Shown piece by piece: positions 49,424-58,714 of a stretch of DNA of 64,000 nucleotides (position 1 is the stretch's first letter; the number at the start of each line of letters is the position of its first letter). Made by a program: the position numbers and the translations under genes. This stretch comes from Spirochaetia bacterium (GTDB lineage: Bacteria; Spirochaetota; Spirochaetia; UBA9216), in NCBI GenBank assembly GCA_965140585.1, contig OZ223267.1:128001-192000 (forward strand), written 5' to 3'. The notes beneath the pieces were generated by a model. That model worked only from the letters and a program-made list of their open reading frames with translations, was not told where the DNA came from and made no database searches.

Positions 49424-50614
49424 ATGCCTAAACGACTGATAATAATTCTTTCAATTACCATTCTGGTATTTACAGTAAGTCCGGCTTTTTCTGCTCCGGA
49501 TTTTTATATGGAGGATATTCGTATTCCTTCAGCTATTGACTCCGGAATGGGAGGCCCATATCCGACAGACAATGAGGGGCTTGAAACAATATTTGCAAAT
49601 CCGGCCTCATTTAAATCTGCAGAAACAGATGTCACCTTTGCGGACTTCAGTCTGCTGCTCAAAGGTCCTATCTTTGATATAACCAGCCTTGTAATAAGCA
49701 GTATTTCGGGAGGAGGGGAACTCACTGATATTCTTTCCTCTTCATCAGCCCAGAGTATTCTGAGCAACATATATACCGGTGTTGAAATGACCGGGCCTAT
49801 ATATTTCGGATATACCGGTGACGGACTTGGATTCGGACTTTTTAATAACACAGATATCACTCTAAGAGAGTCAGGAACACTTGCACTGACTGTTGAGACT
49901 ACCGAGGATATTCTGCTTTGCGGAGGTTATGCATTCAGAATCCCCCTTTCACAGGATCAGACCCATGTTCTTGATGCTGGGGTAATGATGAAAGGCGGTG
50001 TTGAAGGCAGTCTTGAGATAGAGAAGTCGCTTCTTGAACTAACAACGCTGCTCTCTGATTTGAGCCTTGATATAGTTATGGAATCTCCCTTCAGCTTCAG
50101 TACACTAATCGGCCTTGATGCCGGCCTTCTGTATACCTGGGAGGGTCTTCTTTCCGTAGGGCTCACAGCGCAGGATATATATTCGCCTGCAATTAAGTAT
50201 ACATATGATTCCGGTCTTACCGGCTTTATCGACCCTGCTACAGAGGCCCCGACTCCTGAATATGGTTTGATTCCTTTTAAACTTAATGCAGGTGTTGAGC
50301 TTAATCCGGAAATTCCGGCACTTCAGCAGTACATAACAGATTTCCGCTTCCTGGTTGCATATGATGATATTCTTGATTTCTGGCTTTATCCTTCAGAGGC
50401 TGAGAATGCCCTGCTTCATATCAAAACAGGCCTTGAGCTTACTATGCTTGAAATTCTCTCTGTAAGGGTGGGCATGGCAGAAGGATTACTGAATGCAGGA
50501 CTTAGCCTGGATCTGCAGCTGTTTACTTTAAACGCGGCTATGTTCGGAACGGAACTTTCAAGTGTGCCCGGACTGAACCCCGTTTATAACATGATAATCA
50601 GCTTTGTATTATAG
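49424..50614 (+). CDS. Putative FadL/TraF-like outer-membrane barrel
   Basis: Signal peptide, GMGG...IFANPAS hatch motif, amphipathic strands (GLDAGLLY, LSVRVG, GLSLDL). Confidence 0.6.
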   Translation: MPKRLIIILSITILVFTVSPAFSAPDFYMEDIRIPSAIDSGMGGPYPTDNEGLETIFANPASFKSAETDVTFADFSLLLKGPIFDITSLVISSISGGGELTDILSSSSAQSILSNIYTGVEMTGPIYFGYTGDGLGFGLFNNTDITLRESGTLALTVETTEDILLCGGYAFRIPLSQDQTHVLDAGVMMKGGVEGSLEIEKSLLELTTLLSDLSLDIVMESPFSFSTLIGLDAGLLYTWEGLLSVGLTAQDIYSPAIKYTYDSGLTGFIDPATEAPTPEYGLIPFKLNAGVELNPEIPALQQYITDFRFLVAYDDILDFWLYPSEAENALLHIKTGLELTMLEILSVRVGMAEGLLNAGLSLDLQLFTLNAAMFGTELSSVPGLNPVYNMIISFVL

Positions 50615-50659
50615 CAAAATCAAGCACGAAAAACGTATCGAAATTTCTGCTAATTCGTG

Positions 50660-50688
50660 TTGACATTTTATTTTATAGTTGCTATATT
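50660..50688 (+). promoter_or_regulatory. sigma70 promoter of the tRNA operon
   Basis: TTGACA-17-TATATT with extended TG. Confidence 0.75.
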
Positions 50689-50709
50689 CATCCAGCAAAT
50701 GAGCGATAC

Positions 50710-50782
50710 GGGCCGCTAGCTCAGCTGGTAGAGCAACGCCCTTTTAAGGCGTGGGTCACAGGTTCGAACCCTGTGCGGCTCA
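50710..50782 (+). tRNA. tRNA-Lys(TTT)
   Basis: Cloverleaf with anticodon arm ACGCC-CTTTTAA-GGCGT and T-loop GGTTCGAACC. CCA is not encoded. Confidence 0.96.
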
Positions 50783-50811
50783 AAAGCATTCGCCTTGTGA
50801 ATGTTTAAATT

Positions 50812-50886
<75 letters not shown>

Positions 50887-50893
50887 AATAATT

Positions 50894-50927
50894 AGGACTG
50901 TTTCTTTACGGAAACAGTCCTTTTTTT
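50894..50927 (+). terminator. Intrinsic terminator after the tRNAs
   Basis: AGGACTGTTTC-TTTACG-GAAACAGTCCT followed by a T-run. Confidence 0.88.
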
Positions 50928-50979
50928 ATTTAAAAACTGAGCTAAAGAGTATTGAGTTTTATACTGATTAAAAATAGAA

Positions 50980-51072
50980 TATATTCATTACATAAAGAAA
51001 TTGGAAATAAGTAATTTGAAAAAACTGAAAACAAAAAAAATATTCGCATCTCTAATTTATATTCATTACATA
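50980..51072. repeat. 15-bp direct repeat upstream of the lipoprotein operon
   Basis: TATATTCATTACATA at 50980 and 51058, a 78-bp period. Confidence 0.7.
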
Positions 51073-51174
51073 CCTAATATTCAGCTACAAAACAAGTTTT
51101 CGTTTTAGGTTAAATTTCCAGTCTCAACAATACGGCTGTATAAAAGTCTACAGCTTCAATTTTGAGGAGGAGAA

Positions 51175-52428
51175 ATGAACTCAAAAAAAATAAGCTTTTT
51201 GCTAAATGTTGTATTAATTATCAGTACGCTTATGCTCTCCGGATGTCCCGGTGTTACCGGCGGAAATGAAGATCCGGCTGCTGTTATAAAAATTGCAGCA
51301 ACTACAGCGGATGCTGGAGATGAACTTTTCTTCGATGCGTCTGACAGTTCGGATTCAGACGGAAGTATTTCAGAATACAGCTGGAACTTCGGAGATGGAA
51401 GCAGTCTGGAAACTGATGAATCAGTTTCGCATGCATTCAGTACAGCCGGTTCATATACTGTTGAACTCATAGTGACCGACAATGATGGAGCCGAAGATTC
51501 TGCATCAGTTATAATGACAATTATTTCTCCGGCAGTACTGAATACCGCACCTGTCGCAGACATTCAGACATCTTCTACAACAGTCAAAACTGGTACTTCA
51601 TTAGAGTTTGATGGAAGCGGAAGCTATGATTCAGATGGTTCAATCAGTTCATACAGCTGGGATTTCGGTGATGGAAATACTTCAAGTCTGGGGCCTCTGG
51701 TATCCCATGTTTATTCATCAGCAGGGTCTTATACAGCCGTGCTGACAGTAGAAGATGATGATGGTTATACTGACGATTTCGAAATTGAGATTACTGTAGT
51801 TGATAATCTCCTTCCTTCTGCTTCATTCACGACCTCTGACTGCTCAGTACAGATTGGAGATGCGATTAATTTGGACGCCTCGGCAAGTGAAGATCCAGAC
51901 GGCACAATAGTGTCATATGACTGGGATTTTGGAGATGGAAATTACGATACGGGAGAAACTTTATCGCATACCTATACTGCAGCCGGAGGTTATACGGTAA
52001 TTCTGACAGTAGCTGATGATGCAGGCGGCACGGATATTGAAATGATTTCAATCACAGTAAGTGACGGAACTTATGATCCGCCTTCGGCTAATGCCGGTGA
52101 TGATCAGGATGTTGATCTTGATTCTGTTTCAGAAGTTGTGCTTGATGCTTCCGGAAGCAGTGCATCATCAGGGCATTCAATAAGTTCCTACCTATGGACT
52201 TTTTACTCGAAACCAGATGGCAGTACACTTACAAATTCCGACATCACCGATTCGACCAATGTTATAGCAGGGTTTGATATAGCCGATGAAGAATGTTCAC
52301 ACGATGATAACGGGGACTTTGTTTATATCATGAAGCTTCTGGTGACAGATGATACATCAGTAAGTTCAACTGACTATATGACCGTAACAGCTACAGGAAG
52401 CAGCATTGTTACTGTGATAATTTATTAA
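51175..52428 (+). CDS. PKD-domain lipoprotein A (3 PKD plus 1 PKD-like domain)
   Basis: Lipobox LSGC, three W(N/D)FGDG PKD repeats, ANAGDDQ PKD-like domain, hydrophobic tail GSSIVTVIIY. GGAGG RBS. Confidence 0.88.
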   Translation: MNSKKISFLLNVVLIISTLMLSGCPGVTGGNEDPAAVIKIAATTADAGDELFFDASDSSDSDGSISEYSWNFGDGSSLETDESVSHAFSTAGSYTVELIVTDNDGAEDSASVIMTIISPAVLNTAPVADIQTSSTTVKTGTSLEFDGSGSYDSDGSISSYSWDFGDGNTSSLGPLVSHVYSSAGSYTAVLTVEDDDGYTDDFEIEITVVDNLLPSASFTTSDCSVQIGDAINLDASASEDPDGTIVSYDWDFGDGNYDTGETLSHTYTAAGGYTVILTVADDAGGTDIEMISITVSDGTYDPPSANAGDDQDVDLDSVSEVVLDASGSSASSGHSISSYLWTFYSKPDGSTLTNSDITDSTNVIAGFDIADEECSHDDNGDFVYIMKLLVTDDTSVSSTDYMTVTATGSSIVTVIIY

Positions 52429-52437
52429 GGTGGAAAT

Positions 52438-54279
52438 ATGAAAAGTAAAATATTAACAATTTTAATTATTATCTGTGCCGGTTTTTTTATCTCCTGTGAT
52501 AATCCATTATCGAGTATTGACTCAAACGATGTAATTATTACCGGAAGCCTGTCTAGTTCAGAGAGTACGATCGGAGAAACCGGTACAGTTTCTTTTTCAT
52601 TTAAAGCGGTGTCCGATGATATAAAGAACCTGACATCTTCTGCTCAGGAGGAAAACTCCAGACTCTTCTTTTTTATCAATACTTACGAAATTAATATCAA
52701 AGATAGTAATGGAGATGTTCTGGGAACATTTAGCGGCAGTTCCTCAAGTATGTTCGGTTCTGCAGTTATTGCAAGTGTTGCAAATATTCCATACGGTTCT
52801 GGATATTCCGCTGAAGTAAAAGTATATAATCCTGATGTATCATCAATAGAGCCGGTTCTTCTCGGCACATCCTCAGACTTTGATCTCGGCCGTGAAAATG
52901 TTTCTGTGTCTGTGTATCTATTTCCTTTCAACGCTGTTTCTTTAACTGATGGATATTCTGAAGACATAGAGCTCGTCACATGCGTGTATGATTATCAGGA
53001 TAGTCATGATTTTGCTTCAACAGGAGGGGAGTACTGGTATTCAGTGACCCCTGAAGCTTTTCCCGTTACTTTCACAATGACTCCGGATTCAGAATCTGCC
53101 CCCTATTTTATCGCATGGGATTCGGATGGTATAAGCAGTGATGGTTCTACAGATGATTATGTTCTAACCGGACAGTATGGTGATCAGGTTGTGGTGACTG
53201 CATTGGGTATGGATATTGGAAAAACCTACTATATTGGGGTTGTATTATTTTCTGAAGTAAAAGAAAGCCATGAACTTCTATTTGAGTTTGACAACGGTAC
53301 TCCTTTTCCCGGTGATGTATATGAGCCCAATAACGGCTATGATGATGCTTACGAAATTACAGCAGGAACCGATTACTTTCCGAATTTTAACTACACCGGA
53401 GATTATGATTATTACAAGATAGATATCAGTGAAGGTTCTACATATATGATTGATCCGGCTCCATATGGAACAGCCAGCAGCAGCCTATATGTATTTTTAC
53501 TAGATGAAGTTGAAGAGTATATAAGCTCTGTTTCCCAATCTGATACAGATGGCGACGGATATCAAGAATCAGGTTATCTCGCCACATATACTGGGGAAAT
53601 GAGAATTGGATTTTATGGTACCTTTGGAGATTATTCGTTTACTGTAATCGAAAATACACACCCCACAGCCAGCTTTACATATACCCCGTCTCCTGCAGAA
53701 ACGGATATGCCTGTTCTTTTTGACGGAACCTCTAGTACTGATGCTGATGATACTATAGTTTCATGGATTTGGGATTTCGGAGATGGGAGCAGTGACAGCG
53801 GAGAGTCCGTATCGCATATTTATACTGAGGTAAGCGAATATCTGGTATCTCTTACCTGCACTGATTCCGCTGGAGCAACAAGTACAACTTTGCAGAAGGT
53901 TGTTGTTAACAGTGTATCGAATTATGCACCCTCTGCGGATGCCGGTCCGGATCAGAATTTAGATACCGATGTTGACGGAACAGTAGTTTACCTTGACGGA
54001 TCCGGAAGTACTGACACTCTGCCCGGCACCATAGCAGGCTATAATTGGATGTTCTATTCATATCCGGAAGGCTGCTGGTCACCTGATTTCAGCCTTTACG
54101 GAAGTAATACTGTATCTGCTTATTTTGATATTGATGACGTAGGTGGAGATCCCGATTTAAACGGTGAATTGGAATATGAACTTTTGCTAATAGTGACCGA
54201 TGACGGGGGTGCCACTTCATTTGATTTTGTCACAATTAATGTGACTGGCAGCGGTTCACTAAACATAATTGTGGAATAA
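52438..54279 (+). CDS. Multi-domain surface lipoprotein B (Ig-like N-domain, PPC-like, PKD)
   Basis: Lipobox FISC, DVYEPNN Ca-type motif, WDFGDG PKD, ADAGPDQ domain, tail GSGSLNIIVE. Confidence 0.85.
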   Translation: MKSKILTILIIICAGFFISCDNPLSSIDSNDVIITGSLSSSESTIGETGTVSFSFKAVSDDIKNLTSSAQEENSRLFFFINTYEINIKDSNGDVLGTFSGSSSSMFGSAVIASVANIPYGSGYSAEVKVYNPDVSSIEPVLLGTSSDFDLGRENVSVSVYLFPFNAVSLTDGYSEDIELVTCVYDYQDSHDFASTGGEYWYSVTPEAFPVTFTMTPDSESAPYFIAWDSDGISSDGSTDDYVLTGQYGDQVVVTALGMDIGKTYYIGVVLFSEVKESHELLFEFDNGTPFPGDVYEPNNGYDDAYEITAGTDYFPNFNYTGDYDYYKIDISEGSTYMIDPAPYGTASSSLYVFLLDEVEEYISSVSQSDTDGDGYQESGYLATYTGEMRIGFYGTFGDYSFTVIENTHPTASFTYTPSPAETDMPVLFDGTSSTDADDTIVSWIWDFGDGSSDSGESVSHIYTEVSEYLVSLTCTDSAGATSTTLQKVVVNSVSNYAPSADAGPDQNLDTDVDGTVVYLDGSGSTDTLPGTIAGYNWMFYSYPEGCWSPDFSLYGSNTVSAYFDIDDVGGDPDLNGELEYELLLIVTDDGGATSFDFVTINVTGSGSLNIIVE

Positions 54280-54289
54280 AGGTAAGTCT

Positions 54290-55843
54290 ATGAAACATAT
54301 TAATAAAATAATATTAAATATTCTGCTATCAATAGGTATTTTTATAATAATGTCCTGCCCTGAGCCGCTGAGTGTTTCGCAGGAACTATCTGAGAATTCA
54401 GAAGTTGAAATGCTGGCTTCTGAATCCCTGAAACAGTCCGGGTCTTTTGTGATAAAAATCCCGACAGTTTCCTCATATCTTCTCGAGGCCCTGGGAGCTG
54501 CGAAGGACTCTGTACCAGCTGAAAGCAGAGCTCTGATGCTTGCCAGAGAAGTTGAAGTTTTTCTTTATAATTCTGCAGGTACACTTATTGATTCAAGCAC
54601 AGGTTCTAATAATAGTGATGATGGATATTATGCGGTTGGATTCAGCGATATTCCCTACGGAGGCGGTTATGAGGTTGAAGTCAATGTTTACAACAGTGAT
54701 GTTTCAGATACTGCGCCCATTCTGACTGGGGGGGCAAGCAATATTGAAATAGGCGCCGGCATTAATGATCAATATGTATTTCTTATTCCTGCAGATCCTG
54801 AAATTATAAGTATGAGTGATTCAGAGAGTATAAAAAGTATCGAATATGATTTTGATAATGATTTGATCTCTGAGTTCGGTGGCGAGAAATGGTACTCCTT
54901 TTCACCGGCAACGGATTTCGTAGAGATTACAGTAACTCCGGATTCTGTCTCCGGTGTTTATGCTGTCTTATACGACAGCTCGGGAGATTTTATTGAATCA
55001 GCAGTCAGTGAAGGTCTGGAAGACTCCGGAACCTTTGGGAATCCGGCTGTTATAATTGCCGATGTTTCCTGGGACAGTACCTGCTATATCGGAATTGTGT
55101 CAGTTGCATCTGCGGCCGAAACACATAGTTTCGAGATACAGATTGGAGAACCAGATCCTGTATCTTTTGTGGTTAATTTGTCGGATAGTGGCGCCTATGA
55201 AAGCTCAGATGTGTTTTACAGCGTGATGTCATCGTACGATGATGATCCTTTTTCTGATCAGGTAGCATATGCCACTTCTCTCATTTCATCCGGAACAGCT
55301 TTTGCAACCATGCTTGATGTTACTGACGATTCTACCTGGGAAAATCTTGGTACCTGGTATATCTATATTTTAATCGATGCTGATGGTGATGGAAATGAAA
55401 GTCTCGGTGATGCTTATTTGCTTTACAGTTTTTGCCTACCCTTTGATTCGGTCTTAAACCTGAACACATCAGATATTACCTCAATTCTCGGGCCGGACAT
55501 CTATGAGGATGATAATGTTTATACGGATGCAGCAGAAATTTATACAGATACACCCCAGTTTAGAAGTCTACATGAAGAGGGTGATGAGGACTGGGTGTCC
55601 TTCACGCCTGTTTCGGGGACAACATATGTTATTGAAACACTTCTTTCTGATGTAAACGTTGATACATATTTGAATTTATATAACAGCAGTATCGAGTTGA
55701 TTACTTCAGATGATGATGGAGGTGATGATAATTTCTCAAAAATTACATACACTGCCGATTCCTCTGATACCCTTTATATCAAGGTAAGCGGTTATAATCC
55801 TTCTATAACTGGGAATTATATACTGTCAATTACAGAAAATTAA
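54290..55843 (+). CDS. Surface lipoprotein C (N-domains paralogous to B; C-terminal PPC-like domain)
   Basis: Lipobox IMSC. IPYGGGYEVEVNVYN and GGEKWYSFSP match protein B. DIYEDDN...DTYLNLY...DDDGG...TGNYILSI marks the PPC-like domain. Confidence 0.82.
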   Translation: MKHINKIILNILLSIGIFIIMSCPEPLSVSQELSENSEVEMLASESLKQSGSFVIKIPTVSSYLLEALGAAKDSVPAESRALMLAREVEVFLYNSAGTLIDSSTGSNNSDDGYYAVGFSDIPYGGGYEVEVNVYNSDVSDTAPILTGGASNIEIGAGINDQYVFLIPADPEIISMSDSESIKSIEYDFDNDLISEFGGEKWYSFSPATDFVEITVTPDSVSGVYAVLYDSSGDFIESAVSEGLEDSGTFGNPAVIIADVSWDSTCYIGIVSVASAAETHSFEIQIGEPDPVSFVVNLSDSGAYESSDVFYSVMSSYDDDPFSDQVAYATSLISSGTAFATMLDVTDDSTWENLGTWYIYILIDADGDGNESLGDAYLLYSFCLPFDSVLNLNTSDITSILGPDIYEDDNVYTDAAEIYTDTPQFRSLHEEGDEDWVSFTPVSGTTYVIETLLSDVNVDTYLNLYNSSIELITSDDDGGDDNFSKITYTADSSDTLYIKVSGYNPSITGNYILSITEN

Positions 55844-55854
55844 AAAATTATTCA

Positions 55855-55881
55855 AGGCTGCCGGGGTATTCCCGGCAGCCT
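55855..55881 (+). terminator. GC-rich hairpin after the lipoprotein operon
   Basis: AGGCTGCCGGG-GTATT-CCCGGCAGCCT with only a weak U-tract. Confidence 0.55.
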
Positions 55882-55960
55882 CAAGTCTTGCATTTGTAAT
55901 TCTCATTTGCTCAAATTGTTCTTGCTTTTCCTGGTTTGGGTAGATTAAAATTATGTTAAG

Positions 55961-58078
55961 GTGAAGTTTAAGAGCAAATTATTTTTTTCATTTTCAACCA
56001 AGCTGATTCTGGTATTTATCCTGCTGTTAAGTATATCAAGCCTCATCACCGGTCTAACCGCTTATCTTGTGGCCAGAAATGAACTCAACAGAAAAGGCGG
56101 CCAGATTCTTAAAAACAGTGTTGTTCAGTCTATCGATCTGATAGAGTCCGAGCACGAGCGGCTTAACTCAGCTCACTACTCACTGGAAACTTTACAGGAG
56201 CATATTAAAGAAGTCCTTATGGGGCCTTTGGACCCGCAGCTTGGAATCCGAACTCTTCATCATCGTATTGACCTTGGAGCAAATGGTTATTTTATAATTT
56301 ATAATTCTGCCGGTGATGAAATCATGCATCCTACACTCGAGGGGCAGAATGTGATTGATGTAACCAGTTTTGATGACGATAAAAGGTTTCTGGTTCAGGA
56401 TCAGATTGATGCCGGAAAATCAGGTGGTGGTTTTACATACTATTCCTGGATGCTTCCGCATTCCACCAAAATAGCCAGAAAAATATCCTACAGTGAATAC
56501 TATGAGCCATGGGACTGGATAGTTGTTGCTACCGCTTACGAAATTGATTTTAACAGGGGGGCATCAGTAATTCTCCTGGCAATTGTTATTACTATGATGC
56601 TTCTGATTATCTCTGTATCATTTCTAATAATTAAATTTGTTCGAGGAGTCACAACTCCGATTTTTAAGATAGTCGAGGGCTTTGGAAAAGTTACCGTTAA
56701 CCAGCTTGTGGAAGTCGAGAACACTTCCCGTCGGGATGAAATAGGGATGCTCATTGATGGTTATAATCATATGATCAGTTCACTTCAGGAAGCGAATGAA
56801 AATATCGCAGAGAAGGATGATTATATTAAATTTCTTGCCTTTCATGATGATCTTACAGGACTTCCTAACCGCCATGGAATTGAGGAGCACATATCCGGAA
56901 GAATAAAAACCGGCTGTAATGCCGCCTACATGGTTCAGGCAGATATCTGGGGGCTGAATATAATTAACTCGGCATTGGGGTATAAACAGGGGGACAGGCT
57001 CCTGCAGGTAATAGGAGAGTATTTTTTAAAGTCAGAGAATAAGGATCTTTACCTTGCAAGAACCAGCAGTAATGAATTTACAATGTGGGTGGAAAACAGG
57101 AGTCACAAGGAAATATCAGAGCTTGTTTATGATTTAAGAAAATCTGTAAAAGATTATATTAATAAGAGTGGTTACGGACGCCTTGTTAATATGCATCTTG
57201 CCATGACAACGTATCCTCTTGACGGCAATACTTTCAGTGAGCTTTATGAAAAGACCTGTATTGCACTTAAAACAGCAAAAGACAGCAATTCTTTAAAACT
57301 CAACGAATATCTTGATGATTTCAAGGAAAATATTGAGAATGAACTATCAATGCGGCAGTATCTTACTAAGGCTCTTGAAGAAGATGAGATACGTGCTTTT
57401 TACCAGGCTCAGGTAGATATAGCTACCGGATTCGTCGCAGGTGTTGAAGCTCTAGCCCGCTGGGAATCTATTGAACTTGGCTATGTTCCTCCGTCAATTT
57501 TCATCCCAGCTATCAGCAGTCAGAACCTGGTAAATGAATTCAGCCTTTATATGATCGATAAGGTCCTTGGTGATTATTCCGCATTGAAGCAGAAATACAA
57601 CGAGGACATCAGTGTTTCAATTAATATTTCTCCATCCTACTTTATGGATAAGAGCTTTCTTGATAATCTTAATACACGACTGAAAAAATATTCAATACCA
57701 GCTGAAAAACTCACACTGGAAATAACAGAGGATGTCTTTATATCGGATATAGATAAGATTAACAGTATAATCAGTCAGCTGCATAACATGGGGGTCAGAA
57801 TATCAATTGATGACTTTGGAACAGGTTATTCGTCATTAAATTATCTGACAAAGATGAATTTTGATGAGATGAAGATAGATAAAAGTTTTATAAATAAGAT
57901 AATAGAGGAACCGAAATCCATGGAGCTTTTTAAAGTTCTGTGCCAGATAGCTGAAATATATGATTATGAAATTGTTGCAGAGGGAGTAGAGACGGAACTT
58001 CAGCTTGAAATGATAAAAACTACCCCGCTTCGAATTGTGCAGGGATACCTTTTTTCTAAGCCGGAACCACTGCAATAA
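55961..58078 (+). CDS. Cache-HAMP-GGDEF(degenerate)-EAL c-di-GMP phosphodiesterase
   Basis: Two TM helices around a Cache domain, HAMP, DDLTGLPNR. GGDEF is replaced by SSNEF; EALARW, DDFGTGYSS, AEGVET and QGY are intact. Confidence 0.9.
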   Translation: MKFKSKLFFSFSTKLILVFILLLSISSLITGLTAYLVARNELNRKGGQILKNSVVQSIDLIESEHERLNSAHYSLETLQEHIKEVLMGPLDPQLGIRTLHHRIDLGANGYFIIYNSAGDEIMHPTLEGQNVIDVTSFDDDKRFLVQDQIDAGKSGGGFTYYSWMLPHSTKIARKISYSEYYEPWDWIVVATAYEIDFNRGASVILLAIVITMMLLIISVSFLIIKFVRGVTTPIFKIVEGFGKVTVNQLVEVENTSRRDEIGMLIDGYNHMISSLQEANENIAEKDDYIKFLAFHDDLTGLPNRHGIEEHISGRIKTGCNAAYMVQADIWGLNIINSALGYKQGDRLLQVIGEYFLKSENKDLYLARTSSNEFTMWVENRSHKEISELVYDLRKSVKDYINKSGYGRLVNMHLAMTTYPLDGNTFSELYEKTCIALKTAKDSNSLKLNEYLDDFKENIENELSMRQYLTKALEEDEIRAFYQAQVDIATGFVAGVEALARWESIELGYVPPSIFIPAISSQNLVNEFSLYMIDKVLGDYSALKQKYNEDISVSINISPSYFMDKSFLDNLNTRLKKYSIPAEKLTLEITEDVFISDIDKINSIISQLHNMGVRISIDDFGTGYSSLNYLTKMNFDEMKIDKSFINKIIEEPKSMELFKVLCQIAEIYDYEIVAEGVETELQLEMIKTTPLRIVQGYLFSKPEPLQ

Positions 58079-58104
58079 AAAAGCCGGAATCACCCGGCTT
58101 TTTT
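58077..58104. terminator. Bidirectional intrinsic terminator
   Basis: AAAAAAGCCGG-AATCAC-CCGGCTTTTTT. Confidence 0.82.
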
Positions 58105-58120
58105 ATAATGTAAATCCTGT

Positions 58121-58591
58121 TTAGAACCAGAATCTGAATCCAACAGCAGACTGAAGTCCCCAGTTCGGAAAACTGAAATTATCTCCAAGTGTTACGCCGA
58201 CAGCCGGGGCTACTTCAAGAAAAAGTTCCAGAACATCAATGGGGAATATCTGGAGTCCAACAGGTATTCTGGCACCAATCTGAAAGTTGGTAGAATTACC
58301 AAGACCAAGAACTCCGTAACCGCCAAGTCCTGCATACAGATTTAGAATACCTGCAAGATGTTCATGATAGAGCCACCAGTCAGCAGTTAATCCAAGATTG
58401 AATTGATCAGAATTACCTGAAGCACTGATTCCCAGCAGGGGCCAGTCACTGTATTTTAATGACAAAGCGCCTGAATACGGAGAACTTCCAATAGGGTCAA
58501 AACCGAATGCTCCGCCGATACCGATTGCGAAAGAGCTGGCAGCCGTTATTACAAGCAGAATGACTGCAATAGCTATTATTTTCTTTTTCAT
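58121..58591 (-). CDS. Small 8-stranded outer-membrane barrel (DUF3996-like)
   Basis: Signal peptide, GARIPVGL, ELFLEVAP, C-terminal GFRFWF. Start 58591 behind GGAGG. Confidence 0.75.
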   Translation of the reverse strand: MKKKIIAIAVILLVITAASSFAIGIGGAFGFDPIGSSPYSGALSLKYSDWPLLGISASGNSDQFNLGLTADWWLYHEHLAGILNLYAGLGGYGVLGLGNSTNFQIGARIPVGLQIFPIDVLELFLEVAPAVGVTLGDNFSFPNWGLQSAVGFRFWF

Positions 58592-58714
58592 GTTTCCTCC
58601 AAAAAAGTTGTTGTAAATAATATAAACTCTAAATCTTGATTTTTCACCATATATCCAATGCAATTAATGAAAATTTATTGTAATATCAGTAAAAATACAT
58701 TCTGGAGTGAATAA

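Noticed and set aside
50887-58078. Integrative element or prophage at tRNA-Glu
   Set aside because: No integrase, phage gene or duplicated tRNA 3' end was seen, so it is kept only as a possible accessory block.
55961-58078. Active diguanylate cyclase
   Set aside because: The GGDEF signature is replaced by SSNEF; only the EAL motifs are intact.
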